DNA of 64,000 bases from an uncultured Candidatus Bathyarchaeia archaeon (GTDB lineage Archaea > Thermoproteota > Bathyarchaeia > Bathyarchaeales > DTEX01): assembly GCA_964508155.1 (NCBI GenBank), contig CAZDRE010000008.1, forward strand, positions 10,910-74,909. Reading direction: 5' to 3'. The notes beneath the pieces are model-generated. The model was not told the DNA's origin. It did no database searches and saw only the letters and a program-made list of their open reading frames with translations. The position numbers and the translations under genes were made by a program. Shown piece after piece: positions 39,177-49,724 of the stretch (within the stretch, counting starts at the first letter, position 1; the number at the start of each line of letters is the position of its first letter).

Positions 39177-40364
39177 TCAACTCGAAGGATCATAAACCTT
39201 CAGTATCTCTTTAATCTTTTTGAGAAGCACCTCTGCTTTTGGTGGGCATCCCGGGACGAAGTGGCCCTTTAGGCCATTATAGAATGTTGGGGCTGCACAG
39301 TATCCGCAGAGTATCAAGGTCTCGTCTGGACGAAGATTCCTCCTTATCTCCTCCTCATTTGCTCCGGGACCCATGACATAAAGGAACTTTCTTCCCCTAG
39401 ATATGTTCTCGCAGAACCTCATCACATCCGCTACTAGCTGGAGACACCCCGTGCAGGCTCCGAAGTTTAGGAACCTAGAGTTTTTGGCCCTTGCATTTGC
39501 ATAGCTGACTATGTCTACTCCTCTTCCATAATATGCCTCGTCAAATGGGGTTCCGGCGATCTCAATCTCATCCATGCTTCTTGTTCCCAGACCCTTCTCT
39601 TCAGCCCATTTTAGAAATCTAAGAGTTGAGGGATCTACGCCCAGTATCCTCGCCGAGACCGTGTCGATGGCTACTGGATCGAAGCCTGCAAGGGTTAGAT
39701 CAAGCCTAGCCGTCTCCTTATAGTCCTCTATTGGCCTAGGCCCTATATGCAGGGTCGTGTATGTTCCATCGACGACTATTAGGTCGGCTCTTCTGGCCTT
39801 GTATAGGTCAACTATGGCCTCTTCAACCCTGTAGATCGCATGGTAGTATCCCCTGTCCCTAGGCGGGATCAAACCATACATATTCTTTATTGCCACGGTT
39901 ATTCCGTACTGGACATGCGTCTTTAATGTCGGCACATTAATGAAAACATCGGATTCCAATAGGATCTTGGATAATCTTACCTCCCTAAAGAATACTGGAT
40001 CCTCAACTTTAACCTTGACGAACGGATGCTTCTTCAAGTCTAGGAATTTAACTCCGAGATTCTTGGCGAGCTCCTCATATCTGCTGATCGTCTCATTCGG
40101 CATCTTCCAGTATGTCTGAGTATCACCTATGATGACCTCAGATGCCCCTGCATTAAGGGCTTCCTGGGCTAAAACCTCAACTGTCTCAGGCTGGACTACC
40201 TCTCCCGTCTCGAGCGGAGATGCATCTACCAGATTCGGCTTTATGAAGACCCTGTCTCCTCTGTCCACTATCTCATCTATGCCACCGATGATCTCTAGGG
40301 CCTTCCTCGTCCTCCGCCTTATGTCTGGATCCTTAACGATCGCTACTCTAGATCTTCTCTTCAT
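39177..40364 (-). CDS. DUF362 domain Fe-S protein
   Basis: IKPN, PTLKTH, KNMYG, DPVAID; C-terminal CTGC, CGYC, PGCPP. Confidence 0.85.
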   Translation of the reverse strand: MKRRSRVAIVKDPDIRRRTRKALEIIGGIDEIVDRGDRVFIKPNLVDASPLETGEVVQPETVEVLAQEALNAGASEVIIGDTQTYWKMPNETISRYEELAKNLGVKFLDLKKHPFVKVKVEDPVFFREVRLSKILLESDVFINVPTLKTHVQYGITVAIKNMYGLIPPRDRGYYHAIYRVEEAIVDLYKARRADLIVVDGTYTTLHIGPRPIEDYKETARLDLTLAGFDPVAIDTVSARILGVDPSTLRFLKWAEEKGLGTRSMDEIEIAGTPFDEAYYGRGVDIVSYANARAKNSRFLNFGACTGCLQLVADVMRFCENISRGRKFLYVMGPGANEEEIRRNLRPDETLILCGYCAAPTFYNGLKGHFVPGCPPKAEVLLKKIKEILKVYDPSS

Positions 40365-40405
40365 GACCCTCTTTAGACTCCAATCCCGCGATTGTCGTGG
40401 AGCAT

Positions 40406-41605
40406 TCAGTCAAAGAAGTCTTCATCGCCCTCAGGCAGGTATTTCCTCGCTCTCTTCTCATCAAATTCCACGCCTAATCCAGGTCTGTCCCAGACCTCTA
40501 TGAATCCATCTTTAACTATCGGGTCTGGAAGGCCCTCTACTATGTCATACCACCACTCTGGATCTCCAACTGGATACTCGAATGCTATGTAATTGTCGGG
40601 TAGGGTTGCCGATACATGGACTAGGGCGGCTAGACCTATTAATCCATCTCCTATGCCATGAGGGGCTATTAGAATGTCATGCATATCAGCGAACTCCGCG
40701 ATCCACTTGAGCTCCGCTATTCCGCCAACATCGCATGGGTCAGGCCCTATAATATCCACGGCGCGCATCTCAATTAGATCCTTAAAGTTCTGTCTGAGGT
40801 ATATCTGCTCTCCAGTATGGATCGGCGTGCTTGTAGCCCGCGTAACCTCCCTATAAACGTCCGGGAGGACGTATGGAACATAATCGCCTGTGATTAGATC
40901 TTCAAGCCACATGATATTGTATGGCTCTAGAGCCTTAGCGAGCTTGATCGCCGATGGAACGACCCATCCGGGCCCGCAGTCTAAGGCTAGTCCTACCTCC
41001 TCCCCTAAAACCTCCTTCATAGCCTTGACGCAGTCGATAATGTATTTTAGACCCTTCTCCGTAAGCATTCCCCTACTTGGATGGAATGATCCCTTCCTTG
41101 CCTCGCCGTAGAATGATCCCGGGATCCTCGATAATATATTCCCATGGAAGCCTATCGGCTGCTTTATTATCGTGAAGCCTTCAGGTGCCTTCTTCATTTG
41201 GAGGACGTTCTCAGCATAGTCTTCAGGCGTGAAGCCCTTCATCGGAGGCCTGACGCCGCCATTATAGACTCGAACCTTATCTCTAACCTTCCCTCCGAGT
41301 AACTTATATACTGGGAGGCCAGCAGCCTTTCCGGCTATGTCCCAAAGCGCAATTTCAATTGCGCTAACGGCGCTTCCCCAAGGCTTAAAGCTGCCTAATC
41401 GACGTATTTTAAACATGACGCGCGCAACATCCGTTGGATCCTCGCCTATGATGAAACGCTTATAGAACATTACATGAGGCTTTATGTACCACTTGGAGGA
41501 TTCTATCTCGGCATATCCGCTTATATCTTCATCTGTGACTATGCGGACTACCGGGTTTCTCCCTATGACCGTGCATTTCAGATCTGTTATCTTCAACCCA
41601 AGCAT
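40406..41605 (-). CDS. Enolase-superfamily (mandelate racemase-like) acid-sugar dehydratase
   Basis: IEIALWDIAGK, LLGG, metal ligands D/E/E (LDC, WLED, TGE), APH, PGLGVE. Confidence 0.88.
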   Translation of the reverse strand: MLGLKITDLKCTVIGRNPVVRIVTDEDISGYAEIESSKWYIKPHVMFYKRFIIGEDPTDVARVMFKIRRLGSFKPWGSAVSAIEIALWDIAGKAAGLPVYKLLGGKVRDKVRVYNGGVRPPMKGFTPEDYAENVLQMKKAPEGFTIIKQPIGFHGNILSRIPGSFYGEARKGSFHPSRGMLTEKGLKYIIDCVKAMKEVLGEEVGLALDCGPGWVVPSAIKLAKALEPYNIMWLEDLITGDYVPYVLPDVYREVTRATSTPIHTGEQIYLRQNFKDLIEMRAVDIIGPDPCDVGGIAELKWIAEFADMHDILIAPHGIGDGLIGLAALVHVSATLPDNYIAFEYPVGDPEWWYDIVEGLPDPIVKDGFIEVWDRPGLGVEFDEKRARKYLPEGDEDFFD

Positions 41606-41732
41606 CCCTCAATATTTTAGCGCGAAAAATACATTACCGAAGATTCATTTAACGGTTGCGCTTATGCATGGAGCATAGTAGCTATCTACCTAAAAACAGT
41701 GAGGGGAAGGATAGTCTAGCTGATGCGCCATG

Positions 41733-41876
41733 CTATGATCTTGCATGTCTAGATCTGAGGAAGAATGCGATTGCCGCTAAAGCGACTATAGCAGCTGCTA
41801 TGCCTTCATATAGCATGTAGGATGGTCCTCCCCCAACTAAGGAGAATGCCTTCACATTCTTCTTTACGCCAGCCAT
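41733..41876 (-). CDS. 47-aa ORF with a single C-terminal TM helix and basic tail (small protein or gene remnant)
   Basis: MAGVKKNVKAFSLVGGGPSYMLYEGIAAAIVALAAIAFFLRSRHARS; manual translation. Confidence 0.4.
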   Translation of the reverse strand: MAGVKKNVKAFSLVGGGPSYMLYEGIAAAIVALAAIAFFLRSRHARS

Positions 41877-41912
41877 CTGAACAGCCGATATTATCGAGGA
41901 TAAGTTCTGAAG

Positions 41913-42380
41913 TCACATTTTATAACATGTCCTGTGATGCTTGGGGAGTATATACAGGATTGGAATTGCCAAGATTGAGTATATGATAAAACCTAATGCC
42001 TGTCTGGTTAGATGAGAGGTATTCCATAGCCAACTCGTCGCTCCGTTAAATCGGCTTCCCGCTATGAGCCAGCCGAATGCTAGATCGATAATCACTTCAA
42101 CCTTATCCCTGTAGTGCCGAGTATACTCGATCATATAGGAGTCAAAGATGAGAACTGCATATATTGGAATTGTCGCTATAAGATTGAAGATTGTAAGGCC
42201 CGGTATGATGCCGTAGATCTCCATGAAGCTTCTGGCATACGGATTTGCCTCCATACTTGGAGACTGACATAAAATGGCCGTTACTATTAGATCTAAAAGG
42301 ATGAATCCGAGTAGTATTAGCGTCCGCTTTAGCCATATCCCCTTCGGAATTAGATATCTGAGTTGAGAAGAGAATTTCAT
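41913..42380 (-). CDS. Small multi-pass membrane protein (DUF5658-like D..T...EANP pattern)
   Basis: About 4 hydrophobic segments; LDLIVT...MEANP. Confidence 0.65.
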   Translation of the reverse strand: MKFSSQLRYLIPKGIWLKRTLILLGFILLDLIVTAILCQSPSMEANPYARSFMEIYGIIPGLTIFNLIATIPIYAVLIFDSYMIEYTRHYRDKVEVIIDLAFGWLIAGSRFNGATSWLWNTSHLTRQALGFIIYSILAIPILYILPKHHRTCYKM

Positions 42381-42484
42381 ACGTGGCTGTGTGTGACGGA
42401 GCCCTTATAAAAGGGTTTAAGGAAAAATTCTGAATTCTCCTTCTTAATTTAGTTTCGCTTTTACCTTGAAGATTGGCGGGACCA

Positions 42485-43264
42485 TTAGATCCTTTCGCAT
42501 GTAGTTGTAGCGATTACTCGTATCTCCCTCCTATCGAAGCATAAAACCCTAACTTTCCTATTGAGCACGCCCTCAGGCTCAAATATGAGGAATCTCGCAG
42601 AATACGTCCCATTCCCGTAATCCTTAAGGGTATAGAAGTTTAGGGACTCAGCTTCATGCCAATTCCCATAGTAATCCGTATAATAGATTGTTAAGTTCTT
42701 GCAGAGGGCTGGGAAGCCCTCATTGAAAACTCGAATCGTAACTCTGATTACATAGAATCCGGGAAACCTTACTCTTTTAGAGGTTGCATTTATTATGATG
42801 TGAGTTGTTATGTTAATTGAGTATTTTGTGATGATCTCTTCCCGTTCATCCGCTAAGTTCAGTGAGAAGTCGGCCTTTGCACTTGAGACTCCAAATCCAT
42901 CAGTTCCCCAGAAGATCCATAATCCAGACGAGTATGGGGAGACCTCGCACAATCTAAAGTTGAGGATGCATCTTCCCCTGTGATAATTGGATTCGATGAA
43001 TGATCTTAGCCTCTGGAGATTATACCTTAATGAGCCATTCTCTCCTCCATTCGAGATATTTGCTAGGCTTCCCATCATGAGGATGCGGGAGGCGATCTTC
43101 ACGTTCCCGATGAAGCCGCGAAGATGCAGAGGCTGATCTTCAAGATGTAGATTCTGGCTTATCTGGTAAACGTAGATTATAGTTGAGAGTATGGTGAAGG
43201 CTATTGTAAGGGCGGCGAGGATGATTATCTGACCAGATCTTCTCTTACCCCTCATTTCACCCAC
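42485..43264 (-). CDS. Minor pilin-like protein with class III signal peptide
   Basis: KRRSG|QIIILAALTIAF basic leader + G|Q + hydrophobic helix. Confidence 0.75.
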   Translation of the reverse strand: MGEMRGKRRSGQIIILAALTIAFTILSTIIYVYQISQNLHLEDQPLHLRGFIGNVKIASRILMMGSLANISNGGENGSLRYNLQRLRSFIESNYHRGRCILNFRLCEVSPYSSGLWIFWGTDGFGVSSAKADFSLNLADEREEIITKYSINITTHIIINATSKRVRFPGFYVIRVTIRVFNEGFPALCKNLTIYYTDYYGNWHEAESLNFYTLKDYGNGTYSARFLIFEPEGVLNRKVRVLCFDRREIRVIATTTCERI

Positions 43265-43680
43265 GCCAACTGCAACCTAACAATGTAAAGATTCAAGCTT
43301 TCCCTATCAACGACTACGTATTGAATTGAGACTACACTCTTAGCGTTTAGGTCCCCGCTGAGTATGGGGGAGTCATTAAGGATATTCGATTCCTCATCGT
43401 AGACTGTAAGGTTATAGGAGACTCCTATCGGCAGTAGAATGGAAAGCCTACTCGAGATTTCAGTCCAATCCCTCTGACTAATCAGTCTTCCGAGATCGCC
43501 GTCCTGATCAAGATGCATCAATGCATTCATGCCAATGCTGTATAGGATCTCTTGATCGGCCGAGTCATCATAGGATATGTAGATCGGCCTACTTAGGAGT
43601 AATGCACCGAACACCACTATAACAGCAAGGAAGGCCTCTAATACTCGGATCTGTCCCTGCCTGAATCTATGCATCTTCAT
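43252..43680 (-). CDS. Minor pilin-like protein with class III signal peptide
   Basis: RFRQG|QIRVLEAFLAVIVV. Confidence 0.75.
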   Translation of the reverse strand: MKMHRFRQGQIRVLEAFLAVIVVFGALLLSRPIYISYDDSADQEILYSIGMNALMHLDQDGDLGRLISQRDWTEISSRLSILLPIGVSYNLTVYDEESNILNDSPILSGDLNAKSVVSIQYVVVDRESLNLYIVRLQLAWVK

Positions 43681-44738
43681 CCCCCAAAGATCACCTCACA
43701 CTCATATGTTGCAGAGTTTATCGTTACGAGAAAGCGTGATGAGTAAGCATTCGTTAGATGATATTCCCCCGTAAAGTTCAATCCGAATCTCAATGGAACC
43801 TGAGGATACGAGACCCACTCAGCGAAGTATTCCGACGAATCTGCATCTAATCCCGTTCCAACAAGGATCATTACGCTCTTATCGAGGATCCTCGGAACTA
43901 AGAAGGTCTGAGTTAACGATGCATTCTCAATCATTGTTAGGTTGAATTGATAATTGTAAGTGAGGACTTTCGCGTAGAGGATCCTATTGGAGGGATCCTT
44001 CAGATAAGCCCTCAACGTATAATTCAGCGGACTCAACGATGCGTAGCTTCCAGCCTCATCTGGGCTGCCTTCAGAGTTATGAATGAATGGATAGACAGTA
44101 TAGGAGAGCACATTCGGCTCTACCCTAGCGAAAATTATAAGCAGAGCCGTTCCGCTCACGCTCTTCGTTAATGAAAGTTCTATCTCTCCCACGCCGGATT
44201 CCGACGTTGAAGATGAGCATTCAACGATCTGATCTCCTATTATTGCGTAGCATTTGAGCTGGGCTGCAACTGGCAGATTAAACCTTGTAGTTGAGATCTT
44301 AAAGCGATACATGACCTCCGATTCTCCCTCAGTAATGGAGACATCATTCACTGTGACATTGAATAAGGGCTTAATCACGATCTGGAAGGGCTTATCTGCA
44401 ATATTCAGTGCCTCAAAGGCCTCCAGCGGATCGATATGATCCCTATTCGCCGCATTCAGTCTTGTAACTTTGTCTATGCTGAGGACATAAGGCCTCTGAG
44501 CATCTCTTCTCGCCAATCCAAACTTGATTAGCGTCTTATTGATCTCCTCGCCCCAATCGGAGGGGGATCCCTCATCGCTGAGTAAATATTCAGCCAATCT
44601 TAGATTAGTCCTCTTCCAATTGGATGATTGAGCGTCGAGAAGGGGCCGTATTGCCGTGAATACTCCAATCATGGAGGAGAGAACCAGGCATATCATGATC
44701 GAAGCCGCAAATAAGGTGTCAAGTGAGGAGGCTGACAT
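43677..44738 (-). CDS. Pilus-associated protein with N-terminal TM helix
   Basis: SLDTLFAASIMICLVL N-terminal helix; GSPSDWG motif; within the pilus operon. Confidence 0.65.
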   Translation of the reverse strand: MSASSLDTLFAASIMICLVLSSMIGVFTAIRPLLDAQSSNWKRTNLRLAEYLLSDEGSPSDWGEEINKTLIKFGLARRDAQRPYVLSIDKVTRLNAANRDHIDPLEAFEALNIADKPFQIVIKPLFNVTVNDVSITEGESEVMYRFKISTTRFNLPVAAQLKCYAIIGDQIVECSSSTSESGVGEIELSLTKSVSGTALLIIFARVEPNVLSYTVYPFIHNSEGSPDEAGSYASLSPLNYTLRAYLKDPSNRILYAKVLTYNYQFNLTMIENASLTQTFLVPRILDKSVMILVGTGLDADSSEYFAEWVSYPQVPLRFGLNFTGEYHLTNAYSSRFLVTINSATYECEVIFGG

Positions 44739-46244
44739 TTACAGCAACCCCATGATTAAGTCGATGAAGCTCTGTGAGAAGAGGAGCGATATGAGCGCCG
44801 TAATTGCTAAGAGGATGGAGTATTTGAATCCGGCGGCGAAGATTCCCTGCGTGACCTTCCCTATGAAAAAGCCCGATAGCCAAGACTGAAATATTATTGC
44901 ACATGAGAATGCCGTTAATTGCGACTCTATTGCGGACGGTATGAATCCGCCTATATTCATTACTGGGAGATTGGTGATTACATAGAATGTGAAGGTAAAG
45001 GTTAGAGCCATCAGAACCGTCCAGATGAAGGGCAGAATTATATAGGGCTTTAGCATCTCCCTTTTATTCTTCTCGATATCCCTGATCTTCTCGCTGTAGG
45101 ATGCCAATATATCTAGTGCTTCAGGAGGACCTCCGCCAACCTCTATTGTCTCAATCAATATTAGAAAGTTCATTAGGACAGGCCAGCTGTGCAGGTTGTC
45201 CCTTAGATCACTAAAGATCTTTCTGAGAGGAACTCCCCACTCGATCTGATTCACGATCCGCTTCAGAATCCCTGAGAATGAGCCATACCCTCTTCTCGTC
45301 GCCGCTTGAGAGATGCTCTTCTCAGGCGACATCCCAGTCTTTCTGTTCTCGCTTACATCTCTGAGGAAGCTTGGCATGGACTCCTCAGCCTCTACGTTTA
45401 CCCTTTCGACTCTAGAATACTCGATCATGGGAAGTATAGAGGTGATGAGGAGGCATAGCGTTACGATTATTGGCACCACGTAATTCAATAATGATCCAAT
45501 ATGGATGAAGGGTAATGAAGATTCAAGGGTCCTTTGCGCCGAGAGGATCATGGAGATGAATGAGCTGCGCATTTCAGGCATAATGAATATTCCAGCTAGA
45601 ATTGCGAGGCTTAAGATGGCCGCTGGAATTGCCTTGAAGTATATACTCCTAACATTTATCAGCGTGCCCCTCCGCATTAGATACGCGGATATCATGAATA
45701 TTATTGATGTTAGGGGCATGAAGAGGAAGAGTATTAGGTGAATGAAGATCTCGCTGTTGAATTTTAGACCCATCGTACCTGATAGGGTAGATGAGGAAAC
45801 AACTGCAACAAGGATGTAAACGCTCATTAATACGAGTAGCATGGCCATGTAGGCGTCAACAAGAGTCTCGAGTCTCTCGATTGAACGTGCAGCTGCTGCA
45901 GCTCTGATCTCGAATATCGACTTTAACTTGCTCTTTAAGTAATTCGTTATGCTTCCGCCGCTCTTTACTGTTGAAACGTATCCTCTCAGGAAGTCTCCGT
46001 AGGCTTCCAGCCTGGTCTCTCCGGCTCTCTTCTGCATTACAGACAGCGGATCCTCATTTAGCACCTCGACTTTCCTGACGATCTCATTTGATTCCTTTTG
46101 GATGAATGGCAGGAGATCTATGGATTTGAGCCTCTTGAAGCTCTCGTATGGTGAGATTCCGCATGAGGCCATGAGTGTGATGAGCATGAAGGCGAATGGG
46201 AGCTCCTCCTCCCCAGCCTCTTCATGTTTGAGCTTAAGCTTCAT
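44739..46244 (-). CDS. tadC: Type IV pilus platform protein (TadC/T2SSF, two fused domains)
   Basis: EELPFA..M.....GISP and MPSFLRDV....TGMSP repeats; multiple TM helices. Confidence 0.9.
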   Translation of the reverse strand: MKLKLKHEEAGEEELPFAFMLITLMASCGISPYESFKRLKSIDLLPFIQKESNEIVRKVEVLNEDPLSVMQKRAGETRLEAYGDFLRGYVSTVKSGGSITNYLKSKLKSIFEIRAAAAARSIERLETLVDAYMAMLLVLMSVYILVAVVSSSTLSGTMGLKFNSEIFIHLILFLFMPLTSIIFMISAYLMRRGTLINVRSIYFKAIPAAILSLAILAGIFIMPEMRSSFISMILSAQRTLESSLPFIHIGSLLNYVVPIIVTLCLLITSILPMIEYSRVERVNVEAEESMPSFLRDVSENRKTGMSPEKSISQAATRRGYGSFSGILKRIVNQIEWGVPLRKIFSDLRDNLHSWPVLMNFLILIETIEVGGGPPEALDILASYSEKIRDIEKNKREMLKPYIILPFIWTVLMALTFTFTFYVITNLPVMNIGGFIPSAIESQLTAFSCAIIFQSWLSGFFIGKVTQGIFAAGFKYSILLAITALISLLFSQSFIDLIMGLL

Positions 46245-46253
46245 CCTTCAGAT

Positions 46254-47837
46254 TCACCTGCAACTCATGATCTCCTCATAAATGACTTTTGGGTTATTGT
46301 AGAACTTGATGAGAAACTTGGCTATGCTCTTGTAGTCTCTCATTCCCCTCTCAACTAAATATTGGATGACCCTCTTCCGCCTCTCATACTCCTCGAAGAC
46401 GTAATCTACTGGGAGATTCCATCTCTCGGATATCTTAGCGAATAAATGGCTGTTTTTTAGGTCGTCGACATACTCATCTGAGAGACTATCCCATACGAAG
46501 ACATCATGGATCTTATTTGTCCCTATGACCTCCGAGACCTTAACGAATTTCCTCCTTGAACGATGGCTTAAACCAGCGAGTATTGGAGCCTTAACATGCT
46601 TAACGGAGATCATGCAGTTCATCAATGGAATAACATCATCTGGAATATTCATTGGAGGCTGCGTCAACCTTTTTATGGCGGTTTCAGCATCCTCAGCGTG
46701 CATTGTGCATAGGCCGCCATGTCCAGTAGCCAATGCCTGAAATAGGACATAGGCTTCCTCACCTCTAATCTCCCCAACGATTATCCAGTCCGGCCTATGC
46801 CTAACAGCGGCCTTAATTAGGCTGTAGAGTGAGATCTCCCCCGCATTTTCCACGCCGAACCCTGCACGTGCAATCGTAGAGACCCAATTCTCCCTCAGAA
46901 GATTTATCTCCGCAACCTCTTCAACTGTTATTATCTTCTGTTCAGGATGAATCAAGCCTGCGATCGCGTTAAGCGCAGTTGTCTTACCAGCCCCGGTCGC
47001 GCCGATTATCATAGATGAAAACTTATTTTCACACAGCATCCACAGATAAGCCGCTACATCAACGTTGATGGTCTCATTATTTATTAGATCAATAATGGTT
47101 AATGGGTCTTCCCTAAACTTCCTTATTGTGAAGCTAGTTCCGAGAGGAGTCACTTCATTTCTGTAATAGACTGCCAATCTATGCTTTCCAGGCAACGTGG
47201 CATCCACGGTTGGATAGGCAACGCTGACATGTCTTCCAGCTCTATGAACTAGCCTAATAACGAAGTTATCAAGCTCCTCCCTATCTCTGAAGTATATATT
47301 CGTCTTTATATTCTCGTATTTTCTATGCCAGAGGTATATCGGCCTGCCTATACCGCTACAGCTTATATCCTCAATATTTGGATCGGCCATTAATGGATCT
47401 ATCTTGCCGTATCCCGCGATGTCTCGTTCCAGATAATACTCGATCTTCTTCATTCCGATGGTCGAGAGCCTCTTCAGCAGATTACGGTGCTTCTTTATTA
47501 GCTCAGGAAATTGCCTTCTGAAGGATTCAAGTGGACTTTCATCTTCTAGGGGAGCCTCAAGCTCAGATTCCAGGATCTCCTTTATCTTGGTATAAATTTC
47601 CCTCTCCTTCTCGTTCAGCGGGATCTCATCTATGATGTATGACAGTTCATTTGTGTCTTTATCCCGAATTATCATGGCGTACGAGAATGGAGCCTTCAGC
47701 GGATAATTGTCAAGGATCTCGATGTTACCGTAGGTTTCATGCTTCTCGATCTTTAATGCGGCTATGAGATCCTCGACTAGGGGCTCTTCCGGAGCCTTCC
47801 TCCTCTTCTTCCCCTTCTTCTTATCCTTACGTTTCAT
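46254..47837 (-). CDS. Type IV pilus/secretion assembly ATPase (VirB11/TadA/FlaI family)
   Basis: GATGAGKTT, RHRPDWIIVGEIRG, TGHGGLCTMHA. Confidence 0.95.
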   Translation of the reverse strand: MKRKDKKKGKKRRKAPEEPLVEDLIAALKIEKHETYGNIEILDNYPLKAPFSYAMIIRDKDTNELSYIIDEIPLNEKEREIYTKIKEILESELEAPLEDESPLESFRRQFPELIKKHRNLLKRLSTIGMKKIEYYLERDIAGYGKIDPLMADPNIEDISCSGIGRPIYLWHRKYENIKTNIYFRDREELDNFVIRLVHRAGRHVSVAYPTVDATLPGKHRLAVYYRNEVTPLGTSFTIRKFREDPLTIIDLINNETINVDVAAYLWMLCENKFSSMIIGATGAGKTTALNAIAGLIHPEQKIITVEEVAEINLLRENWVSTIARAGFGVENAGEISLYSLIKAAVRHRPDWIIVGEIRGEEAYVLFQALATGHGGLCTMHAEDAETAIKRLTQPPMNIPDDVIPLMNCMISVKHVKAPILAGLSHRSRRKFVKVSEVIGTNKIHDVFVWDSLSDEYVDDLKNSHLFAKISERWNLPVDYVFEEYERRKRVIQYLVERGMRDYKSIAKFLIKFYNNPKVIYEEIMSCR

Positions 47838-48289
47838 GTCTCACTCCTCCTCTCAAGAATGATTGTCGGAATAGAATTGCTTATTGAGCATACAAGCCTG
47901 GCAGTTACGTATCGGCTTTCAAAGACTCCGGAGACGTGTATCCTTCCGGGCAGATACACGCGGCATCTATATCCCGCGGTTTCAGATATGCCGAATCCTC
48001 CCTCAATCCAAGCTGAGGAGGAATCGTTTGACATCCTGATCCAGTAGTATCTATCTCCAATCTTATGGGGCATCTTAATATCCAAGGTTAATGTTGCGTT
48101 ATCTTCGGATAGAATGAGAAGCGCATATATAACTTCGGAGCGCATATTCTCGAGTAGGGCCTCCAATTCTTCATTTTCAGATGAAGCCTTCAAAAATCCG
48201 CAGTATGAATTTATAGAGGCTGTTAAGATTATGCCTATGGCCAACAAGGTTAGGAGCGAGAATAAGAAATCTATTGATTTTGAGGGCAT
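47834..48289 (-). CDS. Pilin-like protein
   Basis: N-terminal hydrophobic helix; MPHKIGDRYYWI pattern; in operon. Confidence 0.65.
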   Translation of the reverse strand: MPSKSIDFLFSLLTLLAIGIILTASINSYCGFLKASSENEELEALLENMRSEVIYALLILSEDNATLTLDIKMPHKIGDRYYWIRMSNDSSSAWIEGGFGISETAGYRCRVYLPGRIHVSGVFESRYVTARLVCSISNSIPTIILERRSET

Positions 48290-49092
48290 CAGCCGAACAC
48301 CTTCTCAATTCTTAGGTTGCAGATGAGGAGTTCTAATCTGATGAGTGTGAGATCTCCTTGGCTTAGAAGCGGAAGGATAACTGATCCGGCTTTGCCATCA
48401 ACTATTGCCTTCACATTAACAGAGGATAACGAACCGCTTATGCTGTATCTTCTAGTCCAGCCAGTAATGTTTAGGCATCGAATTCTAACTTGGAAGCTGC
48501 CGCTGGATAGGATGCTCTCAGAGGAATTCAGGTTAATCACTAATATTCGGATGACGTTTACTATGCCCTCATCCGAGTCTTCGGTATAGGAGTAAACGAG
48601 CGGCCTATATCCGAGATATATCTTCTGCTCATCACCGTTCACTCGAATATACATTTGCGCGGCTTCACGGAAGCTCTGATTCACTATGGGCTCTGAACTT
48701 CCACGCAGATACCATCCGACCTTGCCTCTATCCACGGCTGGAAGCTCATATTCTACATAGCCTATCGTTGAGTTGAATATTATGGCTGATGCGGAGCCGT
48801 CTGAAACGTTTATTATTAATCTTCGACCATCAGGATTAACCTCGAATTCTCCTCCATAACCATGAAATTTTATTATGATGGACGATTTGGGGGACCAGCT
48901 TACTGAGTGAATAGCGTCTTCTAGGGCTAGCATTTCATGTTTTGCAGCGGCATAATTGAGCCTGTATGATCCGACATTTACCGCTGAGACTGCAACGTTA
49001 TAGGTTGCCAAGATTATGATCGTGAATGAGGAAATCAATAGGATCGATGAGACTGGGGTTGTAAGGCCTTTACTCTTCATACTCGCCACCAC
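48289..49092 (-). CDS. Pilin-like protein with class III signal peptide
   Basis: MKSKG|LTTPVSSILLI. Confidence 0.75.
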   Translation of the reverse strand: MVASMKSKGLTTPVSSILLISSFTIIILATYNVAVSAVNVGSYRLNYAAAKHEMLALEDAIHSVSWSPKSSIIIKFHGYGGEFEVNPDGRRLIINVSDGSASAIIFNSTIGYVEYELPAVDRGKVGWYLRGSSEPIVNQSFREAAQMYIRVNGDEQKIYLGYRPLVYSYTEDSDEGIVNVIRILVINLNSSESILSSGSFQVRIRCLNITGWTRRYSISGSLSSVNVKAIVDGKAGSVILPLLSQGDLTLIRLELLICNLRIEKVFG

Positions 49093-49100
49093 TTGTAATA

Positions 49101-49120
49101 TAAAAAAAGGAGGGGGTGGT
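49101..49120 (-). terminator. Oligo-T terminator after the major pilin gene
   Basis: Minus strand ACCACCCCCTCCTTTTTTTA begins 14 nt after the stop. Confidence 0.6.
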
Positions 49121-49133
49121 CTAAGATGTGGAT

Positions 49134-49724
49134 TTATGAAGAAGCCCTTTCAGCGGATTTCACGTTGCATTCAACGTAGTATTGGGCATTCTCCGTGAAG
49201 ACGGTAATTCCAATCGTTGTGCCTATATCATTAGCACTGACGCTGTCTGGATTCTTAATGTAAATTATTAGGGTATCGCCTGAATGTAGTGGGATATCAT
49301 TTGAGGCTGTTGTAAAGTTCCCCACTGTGCCAGAGATGTATTCGAAGTTGTCTCCTGGAAGGCTGCTTGCGTAAGATCCGTTTGGAGCTTGGAGGGAGCT
49401 CGTGATGGGTGAGCTAAGCCTCAAGTAGGCCACATCGCTCCAAGAGACTTCGACTCCTCTAACCTGAATCTTGTCTATCACAACGTCTCTTCCACCGACA
49501 TTATCTATGGCGAGGGCAGCGTAGGAGTAGCCGCCAGTAACGTTATACCATACTTCCTGCTTGTAGAGCCTCAGATCCTCCTGCTGGGTTCTGGTGGATG
49601 TTATGTTCACTGCATACAATGCAACTACGCCGGCTAGAAGCACAGATACAACCAAGATTATTAACGTTGTAACTACTGTGCTGAGCGCCTTCTCATCGTT
49701 TATTCGGAGCATCATCTTCTTCAC
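49134..49724 (-). CDS. Probable major archaeal type IV pilin
   Basis: NDEKA|LSTVVTTLIILVVSVLLAG class III signal; NVGGRD..IDKI.VRG; first gene of the operon with its own terminator. Confidence 0.85.
   Translation of the reverse strand: MKKMMLRINDEKALSTVVTTLIILVVSVLLAGVVALYAVNITSTRTQQEDLRLYKQEVWYNVTGGYSYAALAIDNVGGRDVVIDKIQVRGVEVSWSDVAYLRLSSPITSSLQAPNGSYASSLPGDNFEYISGTVGNFTTASNDIPLHSGDTLIIYIKNPDSVSANDIGTTIGITVFTENAQYYVECNVKSAERASS

Noticed and set aside
41733-42380. TGA read-through joining the 41913-42380 membrane protein to the in-frame downstream 47-aa ORF
   Set aside because: The in-frame arrangement has a 1-in-3 chance probability, and no SECIS-like element or conserved-domain support is visible.
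42485-49724. Archaellum (flagellum) operon
   Set aside because: No FlaH, FlaF/FlaG, archaellin-type sequence or chemotaxis genes recognised; the content fits a type IV pilus.
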